Positions 1 through 13,020 of a stretch of 64,000 nt of DNA are shown here, piece after piece. Source of the stretch: Hamiltosporidium tvaerminnensis FI-OER-3-3 (lineage: Eukaryota > Fungi > Microsporidia); NCBI GenBank assembly GCA_022605425.2, contig CM061249.1, forward strand, positions 434,001 to 498,000. The letters run 5' to 3'. Position 1 is the stretch's first letter. Every line of letters starts with the position of its first letter. The translations under genes were made by a program, and so were the position numbers. The notes below the pieces were generated by a model that worked only from the letters and a program-made list of their open reading frames with translations, searched no databases and had not been told where the DNA came from.

Positions 1-109
1 GGAGTGTTGGGATAGGGGTTATTTATGCTAAACCTAGAACTGCGTTAATGTCATAAAAACAAATATAACACTTGCCACTATTCTAAAAGATCTGATACTT
101 CTAAATAAA
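1..109 (+). mobile_element. 3' tail of long 5S-headed SINE-like repeat (copy A, cut by window edge)
   Basis: GGAGTGTTGGG..GTTATTTATGCTAAACCTAGAACTGCGTTAATGTCAT..AAAAGATCTGATAC aligns with the 3' ends of the copies at 28794-29500, 37862-38570 and 38908-39627 (-). Confidence 0.8.
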
Positions 110-116
110 GTTGAAT

Positions 117-340
117 TTACTTACATATTTAAATTCTCTTTTACTTTTCAGTGTAAAAGATGAAAAAAACAAAATTTACCATTTTATTCTTTTAATATGT
201 TGTAACTCGGGATTATAGGGGATCGGCGTATAGATCTATGATGGTTTTTTCATCATAAAAATGGCAACAATGATTTTCACACCAATTCTACACACTTATT
301 GCCAAACGGCTAGTTTTTAAAGTGGTTATTCTCTCTCAAT
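117..340 (-). mobile_element. Short (~225 bp) 5S-headed SINE-like repeat with RTE-like GTAA tail (copy E)
   Basis: Aligns along its length with 55321-55547 (CTCTTTTAC..CAGTGT..GATGAA..TTCTTTTAAT..TGTAAC.CGGGATTATAGGGGA..GTGGTTAT). The minus strand starts with the head shared with the long family and ends in GTAAGTAA. Confidence 0.7.
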
Positions 341-3238
341 CTTATATTAAATAAGATATATTGGGTTATATAAGACTAGGAATGATGAAGATTTTAGAAA
401 ATATAATCAGATTCATTGTATGCTAATAGATTGATATTTGTAGAAGAAGTTTAAATTTTTGTTTATGTTATCTTCTTAGGTTGATAAAAGATCTAATGCG
501 TTAATATACTATGCAATACGGTTATAGGTCTTATTTCTAATGTATTTTATTATGTCTATTTAATAGTCTTTTTTTATACTAAATAAGCTATTGTATTAGA
601 AGAATATATAAATAGCAGTTCTAAAAAATTGAAATAACTTATCTAGAATAATAAAGAGAAAATGTTCTGTTTTGGTTTTTTTTTCACGAATTACAGCTTT
701 TCTAACTTTTTGATGTGAGTCATTATTGGATCTAACCTATAACTTATAAATATTTCTTCACACAGAGATCTTTCATTCTGTTATAACATCAAATAATCTG
801 TATATTTCCATTATGTTTTGTTTAAAGTCTTTATACAATACCATATCGAGGTTTTCTAGATAAATAAATTCAATTTTACTTCTGTAAAGATTGAATGGTA
901 TTGATTATTATATACATATATGAGCTCATGCTACTCTTCTACATATGTCATAACATGACAGCCATATCTTATACATTTCATATTCCCGCAATTATTAAAT
1001 GAATCAGTGATTTATTTGATATATTTATTTCTTTTAGCAAATGGGTTGTCATTATCTTAGAGAATCGGAAGTTACCCCAGGATTTCGGCTTATAAAGTAT
1101 GTATTTTCTTTAAATCCTCCAAAAACTCCATTTTAAGTTTAAATCTATAATATAATACAATAAATTTATTCTGGTAATGTATGGTATGCTATATTAATGA
1201 AGAATTTTATATGGGGCTTAAAGAGAGCTTATAATTATTCTAATGGTCGATTATGTGATTATAGACATAAAATATATATGCAATAGCAAGCTCCATTATA
1301 AATTTAAGGAATTATCAAGTCATTTAGATAAATCAGATTTCTTTCTCCTATTTTGTAACATTGGATGGTTTTTGATTTTCAGATTTTCACTTCATGTAAA
1401 TTATAAATTATTTTTATAGCTTTAAGTTCCTTTGTTTTCTTCTTTGCTTTGATGACCAAATGGATTTTAAACATACAATTAACATTTATAAGGTTGATTA
1501 CGGGTATTTCCATTGCTGCCGCGAAGTATATGAGATTTTCGAGATAAACTTAGGATATTTTTGCACATTCCTGCAGATTCGTAATTTTATGCTTATATGT
1601 TTTCATCTGTATTTAAAAATTAAATTTGTATTTATTGTTGTCTCAAACAGTACTACATCTGTTTCTTAATCTTAACGCAAATCTTTATGATTGAAGAGTA
1701 CTTTGCCGGATATAAATTAATTCTATATATCCGTCAATAATAACTTTTCTGCTTTCATAGCTTTTCTATTTTATCTTTACAAAGTCTTATCCGTTCTTTT
1801 GGCACATATGAAGTCATTCAAAATTTTTTTATACTGAAATTTTTCGTGGTATATTTTTTAGTTTGATTTTTATCTATTTATACAATAGATATTACAAAAT
1901 TAAAAATATTCTTTAGATTTTTTCTTTATTTACTACCTTATAAATAAAATCTAACGTATTATATTTCGGTTAACGAAAGGAATTTTAGCTTTTTAAATAT
2001 TGTTTAATCACAAATATAAAGTTCTTTTATTTTCTATTAATGCTTTCAAATGATTCTTGTATTTCTGACTTTTACTTAAAATAGCGTAAAACATAACAGA
2101 ACTTATTAAATACAAATTTTTAAAAAAAATTTAGAGTTGAAAAATGAGACAAATATCAATGAGGAATCGACCTGTGATATTTCAATTATGTGTATTAAAT
2201 ATATATTTAAAACTAGTAATAAGATTCAAATATTATCCGGGTTTTATTAATCTCTTTCTACATAACATTAGATGGGTTTTATTAATCTCTTTCTACATAT
2301 ATCAGACTAATTTTTAAATTTATATTCGCATCTTCATTTAGTTTGTATCATGTAAAATTAGGTGTTCAATAATAAATGTCTTATTTGGCTTGAGCATTCA
2401 TTTTTTCGTGACGAATATTTTTAAGCGGAGATTTACACGAATGATACTTTTTAACCTTATTTGACACGTAGTTGTTCAAAAAAGGGAAATTGAATTGTAT
2501 ATTCGCATGCCTTGTGACTAATGTCGTTAAGATTTTTTTTCTTTGGATATTTCCATAGCACTGGGTATATAAAAAAACCAGTTTAAAACAATTTTTTAAT
2601 TCTTTATAAGAAAGTTTTTACCTTTCTTCCGGAAAAAAAATAGTAAAAAAGGCTTTTATTGATCTAAAGAAGGTTATGATGAATATTATTTTAAAAAGGT
2701 ATATTTAAATTATGATTGGTAACAGAAAGCTTTATTCTCATAAGAATATATGTTTAAAATGCTTTTCGCCCATTAGAAATAAGAAATCTCTGTGTTAAGT
2801 TAAAATTTCAGAATTTATATTAATGATTCTTGAGAATTCCTTCTAATTTGTATTCCATAGACATATTGCTTAAATATATGAGGGACATGTGTCTTTTTCG
2901 ATTTTACCTTTATATTCTTAGTTCTTTCAAGTAGTTCATACAGCAAAATTCACTTATCTACTTTAAATTTCATCTTTCTACATTCTAAATTTTCTATACA
3001 ATTACAAAATATCTATTTTTTTAGATTTGATTAATTAAATTAAAATTTAATTAATATGTCCAGCTTTGGAAATAAAACGTAAGGTAATTTATTTTTATCG
3101 TCAAGTAACCCATTAAATAGTCAATCTATATAAAAAAGAATATTAAAGCAACCATTTAAGACCGTCTATTTCAAAAGATAAAAATAAATCTTTTTAATTT
3201 TAAAATTTATAACTTAAACAAAATAGAGTTCTCTAAAA

Positions 3239-4021
3239 ATGAGCGAATCAAAAAGAAAGAGAAAAGATATAAAAGGAATTGGAAAAAAAAATTTTGATTT
3301 TCCTGGTAAAATCATGGTTCATATATTCTTGTACATATTTTTTATATGTTTTGCGATTTTAATATGTTGCGTGGTTGCTTTGTATTTTGATATTATTGGT
3401 AAAAGAAGTTTAAAAATTTATATAGCGAAATATACATTACTCGCTTCTATATTGAATATTACTTTGATATTAAATGGTAAAAAGAGAATAGATAGACTAT
3501 CTGAATATATTTCAGGTTCAGTTATATTTGTGTTTATCTTTTTTACTTTTATATCAGAAATGTATATTAACACATTCAAATTCAAAGGCGGTCTTGCTTC
3601 GAAAATAGTGCTTGCAGTTATGAAGGTATTTTTTAAGTCCGCATATTCCTTCTACACATCTTTTTATATTGCTTTTGTAATATTGAGCGTATTTTTTAAG
3701 TCTGTATTTTGGCTGTATATTTCTTTTTACTTCAATGATTGTAAATTTATTAGAAAAAGAACACATTTGTGTAATATTTTACGATATTTATTGTATATTT
3801 ATATTCTAATTATATGGGAAACAGTTTGTCAGAAAGTTTTTAAATCTAAAATGAAGTTGTTTTTATTCTCTAAATTGGTTTGCTATATTATTGTAATACC
3901 AATAAGTTATATTTTTATGGCGAGAAAGAACGATTTTTTATTGGGATCTTTGCTATTTATCTATTATTTGTTTCTTTTAATCTCTATAGATTTTAATACA
4001 ATGATTGCCGTTATTGAGTAA
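3239..4021 (+). CDS. Lineage-specific ~7-TM membrane protein, paralogue 1
   Basis: 260-aa ATG ORF with a basic N-terminus and about 7 hydrophobic helices. Shares motifs IIGK.SL..KY, RLSEYISG, FNDCK.IRK and RKN..L.SL with 12289, 24388 and 27831. Confidence 0.85.
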   Translation: MSESKRKRKDIKGIGKKNFDFPGKIMVHIFLYIFFICFAILICCVVALYFDIIGKRSLKIYIAKYTLLASILNITLILNGKKRIDRLSEYISGSVIFVFIFFTFISEMYINTFKFKGGLASKIVLAVMKVFFKSAYSFYTSFYIAFVILSVFFKSVFWLYISFYFNDCKFIRKRTHLCNILRYLLYIYILIIWETVCQKVFKSKMKLFLFSKLVCYIIVIPISYIFMARKNDFLLGSLLFIYYLFLLISIDFNTMIAVIE

Positions 4022-7000
4022 GATTAAGATTAAAGTCTATTTTTGATTTAAAATATTTAGAGTGTTAATAGATTCGATTATTAAAGTAATTTTATTTTTT
4101 TTTTCGATTTTTATGAACTGAATTTGCATTCATATAGCCGAAGACGAACAAAACATACCATATAAGTTAAAAAATCAAAGAGCGATATTATAGGCAAACA
4201 TGAATAAAATGCGCTTTCCAATAAAGAGCTTTTATCTCCCTAGAAAATAACAACGGTCACACAAACTGTATTTAGGTTACAAATTAAGTCGTCTGCTTAT
4301 AGAATAAAATAGAGCACAAATAATAAAACCTGAAACTATATTTTATATTGCTTGGTGTTATATTTTTACATACTCTTTAGCGTTTTATCCTTTTTAATTT
4401 CAATGAATTTCGTTTAAAAATTAATTGTTGGTAGCACATTGTGCTTTTTTTAGCAAAAATCTATTCCGACGAAAAAATAAAAGAATAGAAATAGAAAATT
4501 AGAATATATTTTTGCTTTAGAGATCCCCACGCAAATGTATTGCAATAATTAGCTTGTTGTATTTAGTTTAAGACAATGTAAATATTCGAAAAAAGGTTAA
4601 GAAAATGGCTAAAAACTATTTCGAAAAGATTAAAGTTTGATTTTCAAGTTTTTTTAATTGGACAGTCTTTTTTGAAAATTAGACAATCTTAAGAAAAAAA
4701 CGGGTGCCTTTGTAATCCAAATTAACATCTCGATTAACCTCAAAAATATGCTCTCCTAAAACACAAATCATGTTACGTATATTTTTACAGGGCTATTGTT
4801 CTAACAAATCCTACACTTTCAGAATAACAGCCCTTTTCGTTTATATTATTTTTTGAGAATATCCATCAAATGAGTTATACTATTCATATTAGTATGAAAT
4901 CACAAAAAAAACAATTCTATCAATCTGCTCGTTTTCGATATCGTTTGCTTTGAAGCCAAGTTATTTTTTGTACTCAAGTTTGTTTGAACTTCAAAATACT
5001 ATATCAGTGAAACTCTAATCAGATTTTATCGACAATATTTTCAACTTTATTTCTTCATTAAGTCGAAACTAGCATCACAAAAATCCCGAATCTTTTTCTT
5101 GAAAAACCACGTGTTTGTTTTGCCTGCTCGTGTCAGTCACTCGTTACGTTTATGGCATGATCAACCATAGAATCGTTGAAGTATTGAAGGAATTCAAAGC
5201 TACAGCATTTATTCTTAAACTTTTACCCGTATAAATGCATATATAATAGGAGTGCCTGTTTTCCAAAGCAGAATGCAAATTACTTTAGAATCTGTAAACT
5301 AACATTTTTTTCATCTTAAATAAAAACAAACTCTTAAAAATTGACTCAAAATATTGTTTGATTTTGGAAATTTTCATAGGTTTATAAAATAAATCTCTAT
5401 GTGTCACAAGTCTCTTTGTTGACATGATTAAATTCTTTGAAGTTTTTTTACAAGCTTTACAATTGAAAGATTCAAATCTTGGGTTATATTATAAATTAGC
5501 TAATATTAAACTCAATGCACATGATAGAAAGAACAATATATTGAAGACAAATATGAAGAGCTTCTAGACTTACGTTTGTAAGCTAGTTATCTTTTAAGAA
5601 AGAAGGTTTTCTTCCAACCTAAACCCCCGATTTATCAAAAAAATATGAATACACCTGGATCATTTAGTTAACATTTTATTTATTCGTACATTAGAATCTA
5701 ATCTGTAATAAAGTGTCAAATTATAAAATTTAGGAACTTATGTTTCGTATAATAAAATATATACAATTGCAGTCTCTCGAAAAATTCAGTCAACAAGATC
5801 GCGAAATTTGAATTGCTTTTTTTTATAACTCTAGTCTAGATTTGCATTTAATCCTCATTTTTAATTTCGATATAAAAATTTTTGCAAATCAAGATAGAAT
5901 AGTTTGGCCAGTTAATAAACCCGTTCGTTTAGACCTGGAACTACCGGAAAATATTGTAATAGTTCTTAAAAATGTTTGTTATTAGGTATTTAAGCAACAC
6001 TTTCATTATTTACAATTTTCTGTAATCGAAATGACTATTTTAATAAATGTTTTCTTGACAACATTTCATCAATTTTTTTCTTTTAATCTGAGGATTTATC
6101 TGAATTAGTAAGGTCTAACAAACACCTTTAAATACTTTATTTGGAAGCACTTCAATATGCCATCATATGATTTTAATTCTAAGGCATACTTTAGAATTAT
6201 TGATATTGTATTTTATAGATAGAAAGAGTTAAGAAACAGCAATTTAATAGAAATATAAATTGGTTTTACAATAATTTAAAGATTATTCACTTTATAATAT
6301 ATTAATAATACAATAATTATAATAGCACTAGAATAAAATGTTTTAAATATTATTAAAACGTTAGAACCTGCCGCCCCTGAATAGCTCAGATCCCATCAAT
6401 CTCTTTTAAATTCTTTCTACACCGCCTCATATATATTTATAGGAATGCATTGTTTTTTATTAGATTCGCTTTATTTGAATATTGTTGTTTTCTGCGCAGC
6501 TTACATTTTTTCTCCTACCATTAATTCAGGGTTTATAAATGTTTATACTAGTTTGATAACTCTAATTCGTTCTGCTTAACCACCCATCTTGGGTCTTTTT
6601 TTAATAGAGATGGGAGCTTTTTAGAGATTAGGTAGAGTATACATATATTTTATCTTTAAATTAAACTGTCTAACTACCGTTCATTCTATTTCTTTGAAAG
6701 TTCTCTCATTCAAATAAATTGAAAGAGTTCTAATTTACTAGTGATTGCCTACGTTCAAAATTATATATTACATTCTGTTTAAAAAGCATTCATGTGATTG
6801 CTTTCAAGTGTCTTTGGCTCAACGGCATTTTACTCCTGATGCTCTTATTGTTTTATATTTTATGCTCGTCTCGATACTCTTTGGTCTAAATACATGTGTT
6901 TAATTCAACACAAATATTTCTCAGGGTACCTAAAACTCGAGGCTTTTACATATACCCAAAATAGATATATGAAATGTGTTTATGAATCCATGAGGATAGA

Positions 7001-7109
7001 ACTCACTTATTGTAGCAATTTGCATTTATTCTTGCCTCTGTTCTTGAATTTGAAGTATCTTCATCTCAGGACTATCTCGAAAATTTTTTAGAAACAGTTT
7101 CCTTTGAAC

Positions 7110-7740
7110 TTTGAAAAAGTATCAGGTTTTAAACACCTAAGTAAATTTCTGAGTGAGAATAAAATAATTTCACTTTAATAAAAGATACACAAAGGCAAGT
7201 AACAAAACCCATTGCTCGCTACAATGCTTACAGAAGTCTAACCGGATATACCGGAAGACAAAAAAACAAACACAGAGGACTGTTATTAAGCGCCTATAGT
7301 AATGTATGCTTCCGAAACATTGGTGATGACAAAAAGAGATCAAACTATGCTAGATATATGGAAGAGAAAGATACTAAGAAGGATATATGAACCAATTTGC
7401 ACTAATCACAAGTAGAAAATTAGAACCAATCAAGAGATTTTGAACTATATCGTGAATCCAATATTGTCCCTGTAATAAAAAAAAAGGATTTAGGCGGGTT
7501 GGAAACTTAAAAAGAATGTCTACAAAAAAAGCTGTAAAGAAAATACTCAAAACCACACCCGAGGGTAAGATAAGAAGAGGCAGGCCGCGGAAAAGATGGC
7601 TGGATAATGTCGAGGAAGATCAAATGGAACTTAATTGTTGCGCTGAAGAAGTTTGGTGCAAAAAAAGAGATTAATGGAAAAATTTCGCTAAAGAGGTCGG
7701 GGCTCTTAAAGAGCAGTACGGCCGCGGAGTAAGTAAGTAA
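7110..7740 (+). mobile_element. 5'-truncated, decayed RTE-clade non-LTR retrotransposon 3' end
   Basis: Broken frames give FEKVSGFKHL, RKTK..RTVIK/PIVMYASETL, RKILRRIY and GKIRRGRPRKRWLDNVEED, typical of the RTE C-terminus. Ends in a (GTAA)3 tail at 7729-7740. Confidence 0.8.
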
Positions 7741-10169
7741 TTTTTGAATTCTATTTCAAAGTTACAAAAATGGTGTTATGTCGTCTAATTTTACGCCAAA
7801 GATATCTGGCCATATGTACATACTACTTAATGAGCCATTTCTGTGTATAGCGTTCAATCCAATTTGCTTTCATGTACTGATGATTTGGTACATCTTCTGG
7901 TATAATATCTAACTAAATTATCTGTTTCATTTTCGTTGTCTATTATACGCGTCTTAAATCTTAAGAATATGAATAGTCAAATTACTTTATATTTTGCTCT
8001 AATCTGAATCATTTAGGTCGAAGAATAATTATAAATTGAATTCAGTCTTTACCAAGGTCTTGTAAATCAATTTCTGATCAGTAATATCATTTTCTTGCCT
8101 TCAATATTCGAATAGTTACCTTCTAGGATATTTTATGAATTTATGGGGCTAATATATTTCATGCAAATTTATAATCACCTGTTGAGCATCGGTTTCCGAA
8201 ACTATTTATATTTTTGTGAAAAGCGATTTCTTCATGACTCTAATATGGCACACATATAATTTAGAGACCTATGAATAACATTTAATAGAATTATTATTCT
8301 AAATTCGAAGTATTGTTAATTGAACTTTATATATTAAAAGGTAATATTAAATCGAACTTTCATTTAGTAAGATTTTAAATTTGCTATCAGATATTCTAAT
8401 ATGTTTTGCCCCGTTTATTAAGAAAAAATTTTCATATATAAGACCTTATTTTCAAAGTGTGTATTCAAAAAGGCTTTTTTTATTCGTTTGATGACATTTA
8501 TTGCTTAAGTGGTTTTTGATTGCTTCGGAAGGTTTTTTTTGCTAAGTTTATATTTTTTTAATATCAGAAGATCACATATATATCGATTCCGGTATACTCT
8601 TTAAGTGATATTTGTTTTTTTTTCAAAATATTCAGCTCTTTTTATTGAAGCTATATGTTATAAAAGAACCTCGTTTGAGTTTTCAAAATAATATCTAACA
8701 CGTGGGAATCTTTTTCTTGGTTTTACTATTTCTTCTTTTTTTTTAAATATTGTTTTATTTTCTTAATTTTTCGATTTTTATTTCATTATGAGGTTCGCCT
8801 TTTATTTTCTTAAGATATGTGAGATTGTATTCTCGCTTTGCCAAACTCTACATGTTTTTTGCCTCATATTTTTATTGCTGGATCTTTCATCTGACAATTT
8901 CTTAGGCCAAGTTTTATGCACTCTTCTGGAATATTCATACTACCCGTCTTGCTTCTTAAAATTTTTACAAGGTATAAGCTTTTCTGTCGAGTTTATTATC
9001 ATTTTGTTCGGAAAATACTAGCTCTCGTCAAATTAATTTTATAGATTCGTATATGCATAATATAGTATTCGTATAAATTTTTTTTAGCATAATATAACAC
9101 ATTATAGTATGAAATATCACAAAAATCTTTCCAACTTGTAGTCACAGGATATTATATTTCAACTAGAGTGATTCTTTTATTCACTTTAAAAAATTAACTT
9201 ACTTGGTATGGAGAATTAGAAACTATGTACATTGAAAAAATATCTTTGTATGTCTTGTTATAATAATAAGATAATTTAGTTTGGTGTGAGTCGGTCTACC
9301 CATCAAAGCCTATAATTTTGCATTGCTTAAAAAGAATCTATAAATACACGCATGTTGCTGCATCTCACCAGTCCATCTTACCCGTTGGTTTTTAGAATGG
9401 TAGTATGAAATCTATTTTTATACTTATCTTGATTTAAGATGTCTCTAATAGTTGTATTTATAACATTCTCAAAATTCATTGCTTCATCTTCTAATCTATT
9501 GCGATGTTAATATTTCATCTGATTTTGTTATTTTATATCAGGAAATCTGTATATGCCAATAAAGATAAAAGATTTGATAATATATCTGAATAGAGCATCG
9601 TAATAATTTAATGTGTTATCCTCGTAAATCATATTCATAGATTATTTTCATTGGAATAAACTCTTAATATCGCGTAGCTTGTGGTTACACACCCAATATC
9701 TGATTTTTGGTTTTCAAGATGCAAGTTCATTCACATAAAAATTTTCTGTTATGTCTCAAATTCTGCTTTTAGGGCACAGGCTCAACGTCAAAGTAAATTA
9801 CATACACCCATAAGTTCAGAAACGGTTCATATTACAATATAAAATCAACGCTTTTTTCCTGCTAAAATTGTTTCCAAATTACTACATGTGTTTAAGTTTA
9901 ATTTAGTTCTACCAACAGAGAATGTAAAATCTGATCCAACTCAGACCAACTTTATACTTTATTTAACCTTAGAATAGCTGACAAGATAGGAGCTAAATAA
10001 CTCGCCAGTGTTATTTATCATAGAAGAATGGTTACAAATTAAACTAATTATTTTAAAATTTGATAAGAATTGTATCTACAGTTATTAAGGTTCTGTCTAA
10101 ATAATTATATTTATTTGTCTACTATTGTTAAGAATATAAAATATTGGTTTCATAAAATTTTATTTATTA

Positions 10170-11837
10170 TAGGGTTTTTCGATCAATATAATAATCCTTG
10201 CAATCAATATAATAATTTTTCGATCAATATAATAATCCTTGCAATCAATATAATAATTTTTCGATCAATATAATAATCTTTGCAATCAATATAATAATTT
10301 TTCGATCAATATAATAATCCTTGCAATCAATATAATAATCCTTGCAATCAATATAATAATTATTTTTAAAAAATAAAAATTTAAAAAAAAATTAAAAAAA
10401 TAGAAATTTATAAAATAAAAATTGAAAAAATAATTCATTCATTATAAAATTAACTCCCATGTCAAATTCTTTTTCAGGTAAAAATACCAACGAGAACAAA
10501 TATGATTTTCATGTAGGTGAAACACCAGAATGTATAGAGTGCGAAAATGACAATGTTTTGAAGTGTCTTGTAGAAACATCGGGATCACATGATGAAAATC
10601 TCTCCATAACCACTATTCCAACTCTGAGGAAACAAAAAGTTTCTAATAATGATCGGGAACGCATAATTGCAAAGACATTAGAAGGATATTCTATGTCCGC
10701 AATTGCCTCGATGTACCGAATAAATTACCAGACGATTAATAGTATCGTTAGACGATATTTAAAAACCGGCTTGGTATTTGTCGAGAAAAGAGGTGGTGAT
10801 AGGCGCTCAAAGTTAACCTTGGAAATAAAAGAGAGCTTACAAGCCTATGTTGATTTGGAATGTACAAAAACCCTGTATGAGTTGGCAGAATGGGTCAAAT
10901 GTACATTTAATATTGATGTGTCAACTAGTACAATTGATCGCGCACTAAGTGAGTTCCATTACACTCTAAAGCGTGTAACATTGGTGCCTGAGCGTAGAAA
11001 TACACTTTCGACAATTGAGCTAAGAACCAATTACGCAACTAGTTTTGGTGAGTTGGAGGTTGATAACGATGACAAAAACTTTGTCTTTTTAGGTGAAGTT
11101 GGGTTTGCAGTAGTAACACGCCCCAGCAGAGGTCGTAATATGAGAGGTGAATCTGCATACTTATCTGTAACAGCAGCCCGAAGTAGAAATATTTCAGTAG
11201 TCCAGCAATGAACAAATATGGTAGGATATACCATAAGATTCATGAGAGGGCCGTAAATGGTGAGGATTTCAAATTATTTATTAAGGAGATTAATGAAAGT
11301 TGTCAAAGGCAAGGAATTTTGACTCCAATATTTGTAATGGATAATGCGAGAATTCATCACTATCGTGGATTGAATGATGATGAGGAAATTGCTTCGTATC
11401 GAATAAAATATCTTCCGCCTTACTCTCCATTTCTTAATCCAATTGAGAATGTATTCTCAGTCTGGAAAAATAAAGTAATTCGAGGTGGTGCTCGTACTGA
11501 GCCTCAGTTGAGAATATTAATTTATGAAAAATTTAATGAAATCACGGGAGAACATTGTAGTTCTTTTTACCGTAAAATGTTAGGATATTTGCAAAAGGCT
11601 GAGGTAGGGCAAATGATTCTTTAGTAATAATAAATCTCAAGTACTATTTATAATTTTATTTTTTCAATTTTTATTTTATAAATTTCTATTTTTTTAATTT
11701 TTTTATAAATTTCTATTTTTTAAAAATAATTATTATATTGATTGCAAGGATTATTATATTGATTGCAAGGATTATTATATTGATCGAAAAATTATTATAT
11801 TGATTGCAAGGATTATTATATTGATCGAAAAACCCTA
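10170..11837 (+). mobile_element. IS630-Tc1-mariner DNA transposon (DD34E) with long repeat-containing TIRs and TA target duplication
   Basis: TA|TAGGGTTTTTCGATCAATATAATAAT at the left end and its exact inverse ..GATCGAAAAACCCTA|TA at the right. TIRs of ~260 and ~180 bp contain 9 and 5 copies of ATCAATATAATAAT. Confidence 0.95.
10459..11624 (+). pseudogene. DD34E transposase, frameshifted near 11203, first catalytic Asp changed to Gly
   Basis: HTH region and RGG linker; FLGEVGF (canonical FLDE); MDNARIHH; YLPPYSPFLNPIE with 34 residues between D and E. The 250-aa and 138-aa ORFs join on restoring one base (ISVVAAMN). Confidence 0.9.
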
Positions 11838-12288
11838 TATATACTTGCTCTATCTATTTAAATATGAATTAATATTCTACTTTTTTCTTAGTGAATCGCT
11901 TTCTTAATGTTTATATAGATCGAATGATTATTCGGTAGCTTCTTCTATTCTTATTCTTCGTATAGATTCTTATTAAATACTATCTTTACCTATAAGTATT
12001 ACCAAATTCTGTTCATATTTATTAGTCATTTTATTTACTGTTAAGCTTATCTTTTTTTCATATATTTTTTTTCTATTCGATAAATTTGGTCTTATTTAAA
12101 TTAATTAAAATTTTAATTAAATTCCTTCTTTATCGTAAACTTATCGATTAAAAGTGTAATATCAAAGAAATATAGAAGATAAAAATCCGAACATATTATA
12201 TAAAATCTTTATGTATTATTTATAAAATATAAAAACTGATTTTAATTTAATTTAGATAATTATATAAGTGCAAATATTTTTTAGAGAA

Positions 12289-13020
12289 ATGGAGAGTCCT
12301 AGGAGAAAAAGAAATGAAATCGAAGAAATAAAGAAACTTGCGAAAGTAAGTACCAGAAAAATTATGTTTCACACATTTATATTTCTATTTTTTATCTTAT
12401 TTACCATTTTTACATGTTTTTGGGTTGCTGTAGACTTTAATATAATTGGTAAAAGCAGTTTGCAAACTTTTATTTCAAAATATATTTTATTTGCGTCTAT
12501 ATTGAACATATCGCTGTTATTAAATGTAAACATGAGAATAGATAGACTTTCTGAATATATTTCCGGATGTATAATATCTGTGTTTATATTTGTGGGTTTT
12601 ATATCAGAGATGTACATTAATACACTTAAAATTAATTTCGAATATGCTTCGTATACACTATTTGTATTTTTTAGTGTATTTTTTAAATCTGTATCGTGCT
12701 TATACATTTCTATTTACTTTAATGATTGTAAATTGATAAGAAAAAAGGTGTCTATTGGTTATATTTTACGATATTTATCATACATCTATGTTCTTATTAT
12801 GTGGGAAACAGTTTGTCAGAAAATGTTTACATCTAAAATGAAAATATTTTTTTTGTTTAAGTTATTAAGTTATATTATTCAAATACCGATTGTTTTTGTG
12901 CATAATGCGAGAAAGAATAATTATTTGTTGGGATCATTAATTTTTATATATTATTTGTGTATTTTAACTTCTCTTGAGTTTAATACAATGATTGTTCTCT
13001 ATAATTACAATTATAATTAA
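12289..13020 (+). CDS. Lineage-specific ~7-TM membrane protein, paralogue 2
   Basis: First in-frame ATG is at 12289 (MESPRRKRN). Highly similar to 3239-4021 (RIDRLSEYISG, WETVCQK, YFNDCK). Confidence 0.85.
   Translation: MESPRRKRNEIEEIKKLAKVSTRKIMFHTFIFLFFILFTIFTCFWVAVDFNIIGKSSLQTFISKYILFASILNISLLLNVNMRIDRLSEYISGCIISVFIFVGFISEMYINTLKINFEYASYTLFVFFSVFFKSVSCLYISIYFNDCKLIRKKVSIGYILRYLSYIYVLIMWETVCQKMFTSKMKIFFLFKLLSYIIQIPIVFVHNARKNNYLLGSLIFIYYLCILTSLEFNTMIVLYNYNYN

Noticed and set aside
4789-4834. 14-bp imperfect hairpin AGGGCTATTGTTCT/AGAATAACAGCCCT
   Set aside because: Single occurrence; possibly a collapsed MITE, but there is no further support.
7750-10100. Possible long minus-strand LRR/secreted pseudogene
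   Set aside because: Only scattered short LRR-like fragments; a frame could not be reconstructed by eye.
10181-10360. CRISPR-like array, or the 10070-10273 ORF
   Set aside because: There are no unique spacers. The repeats are mirrored at 11729-11826 as part of the transposon TIRs, and the ORF is a by-product.
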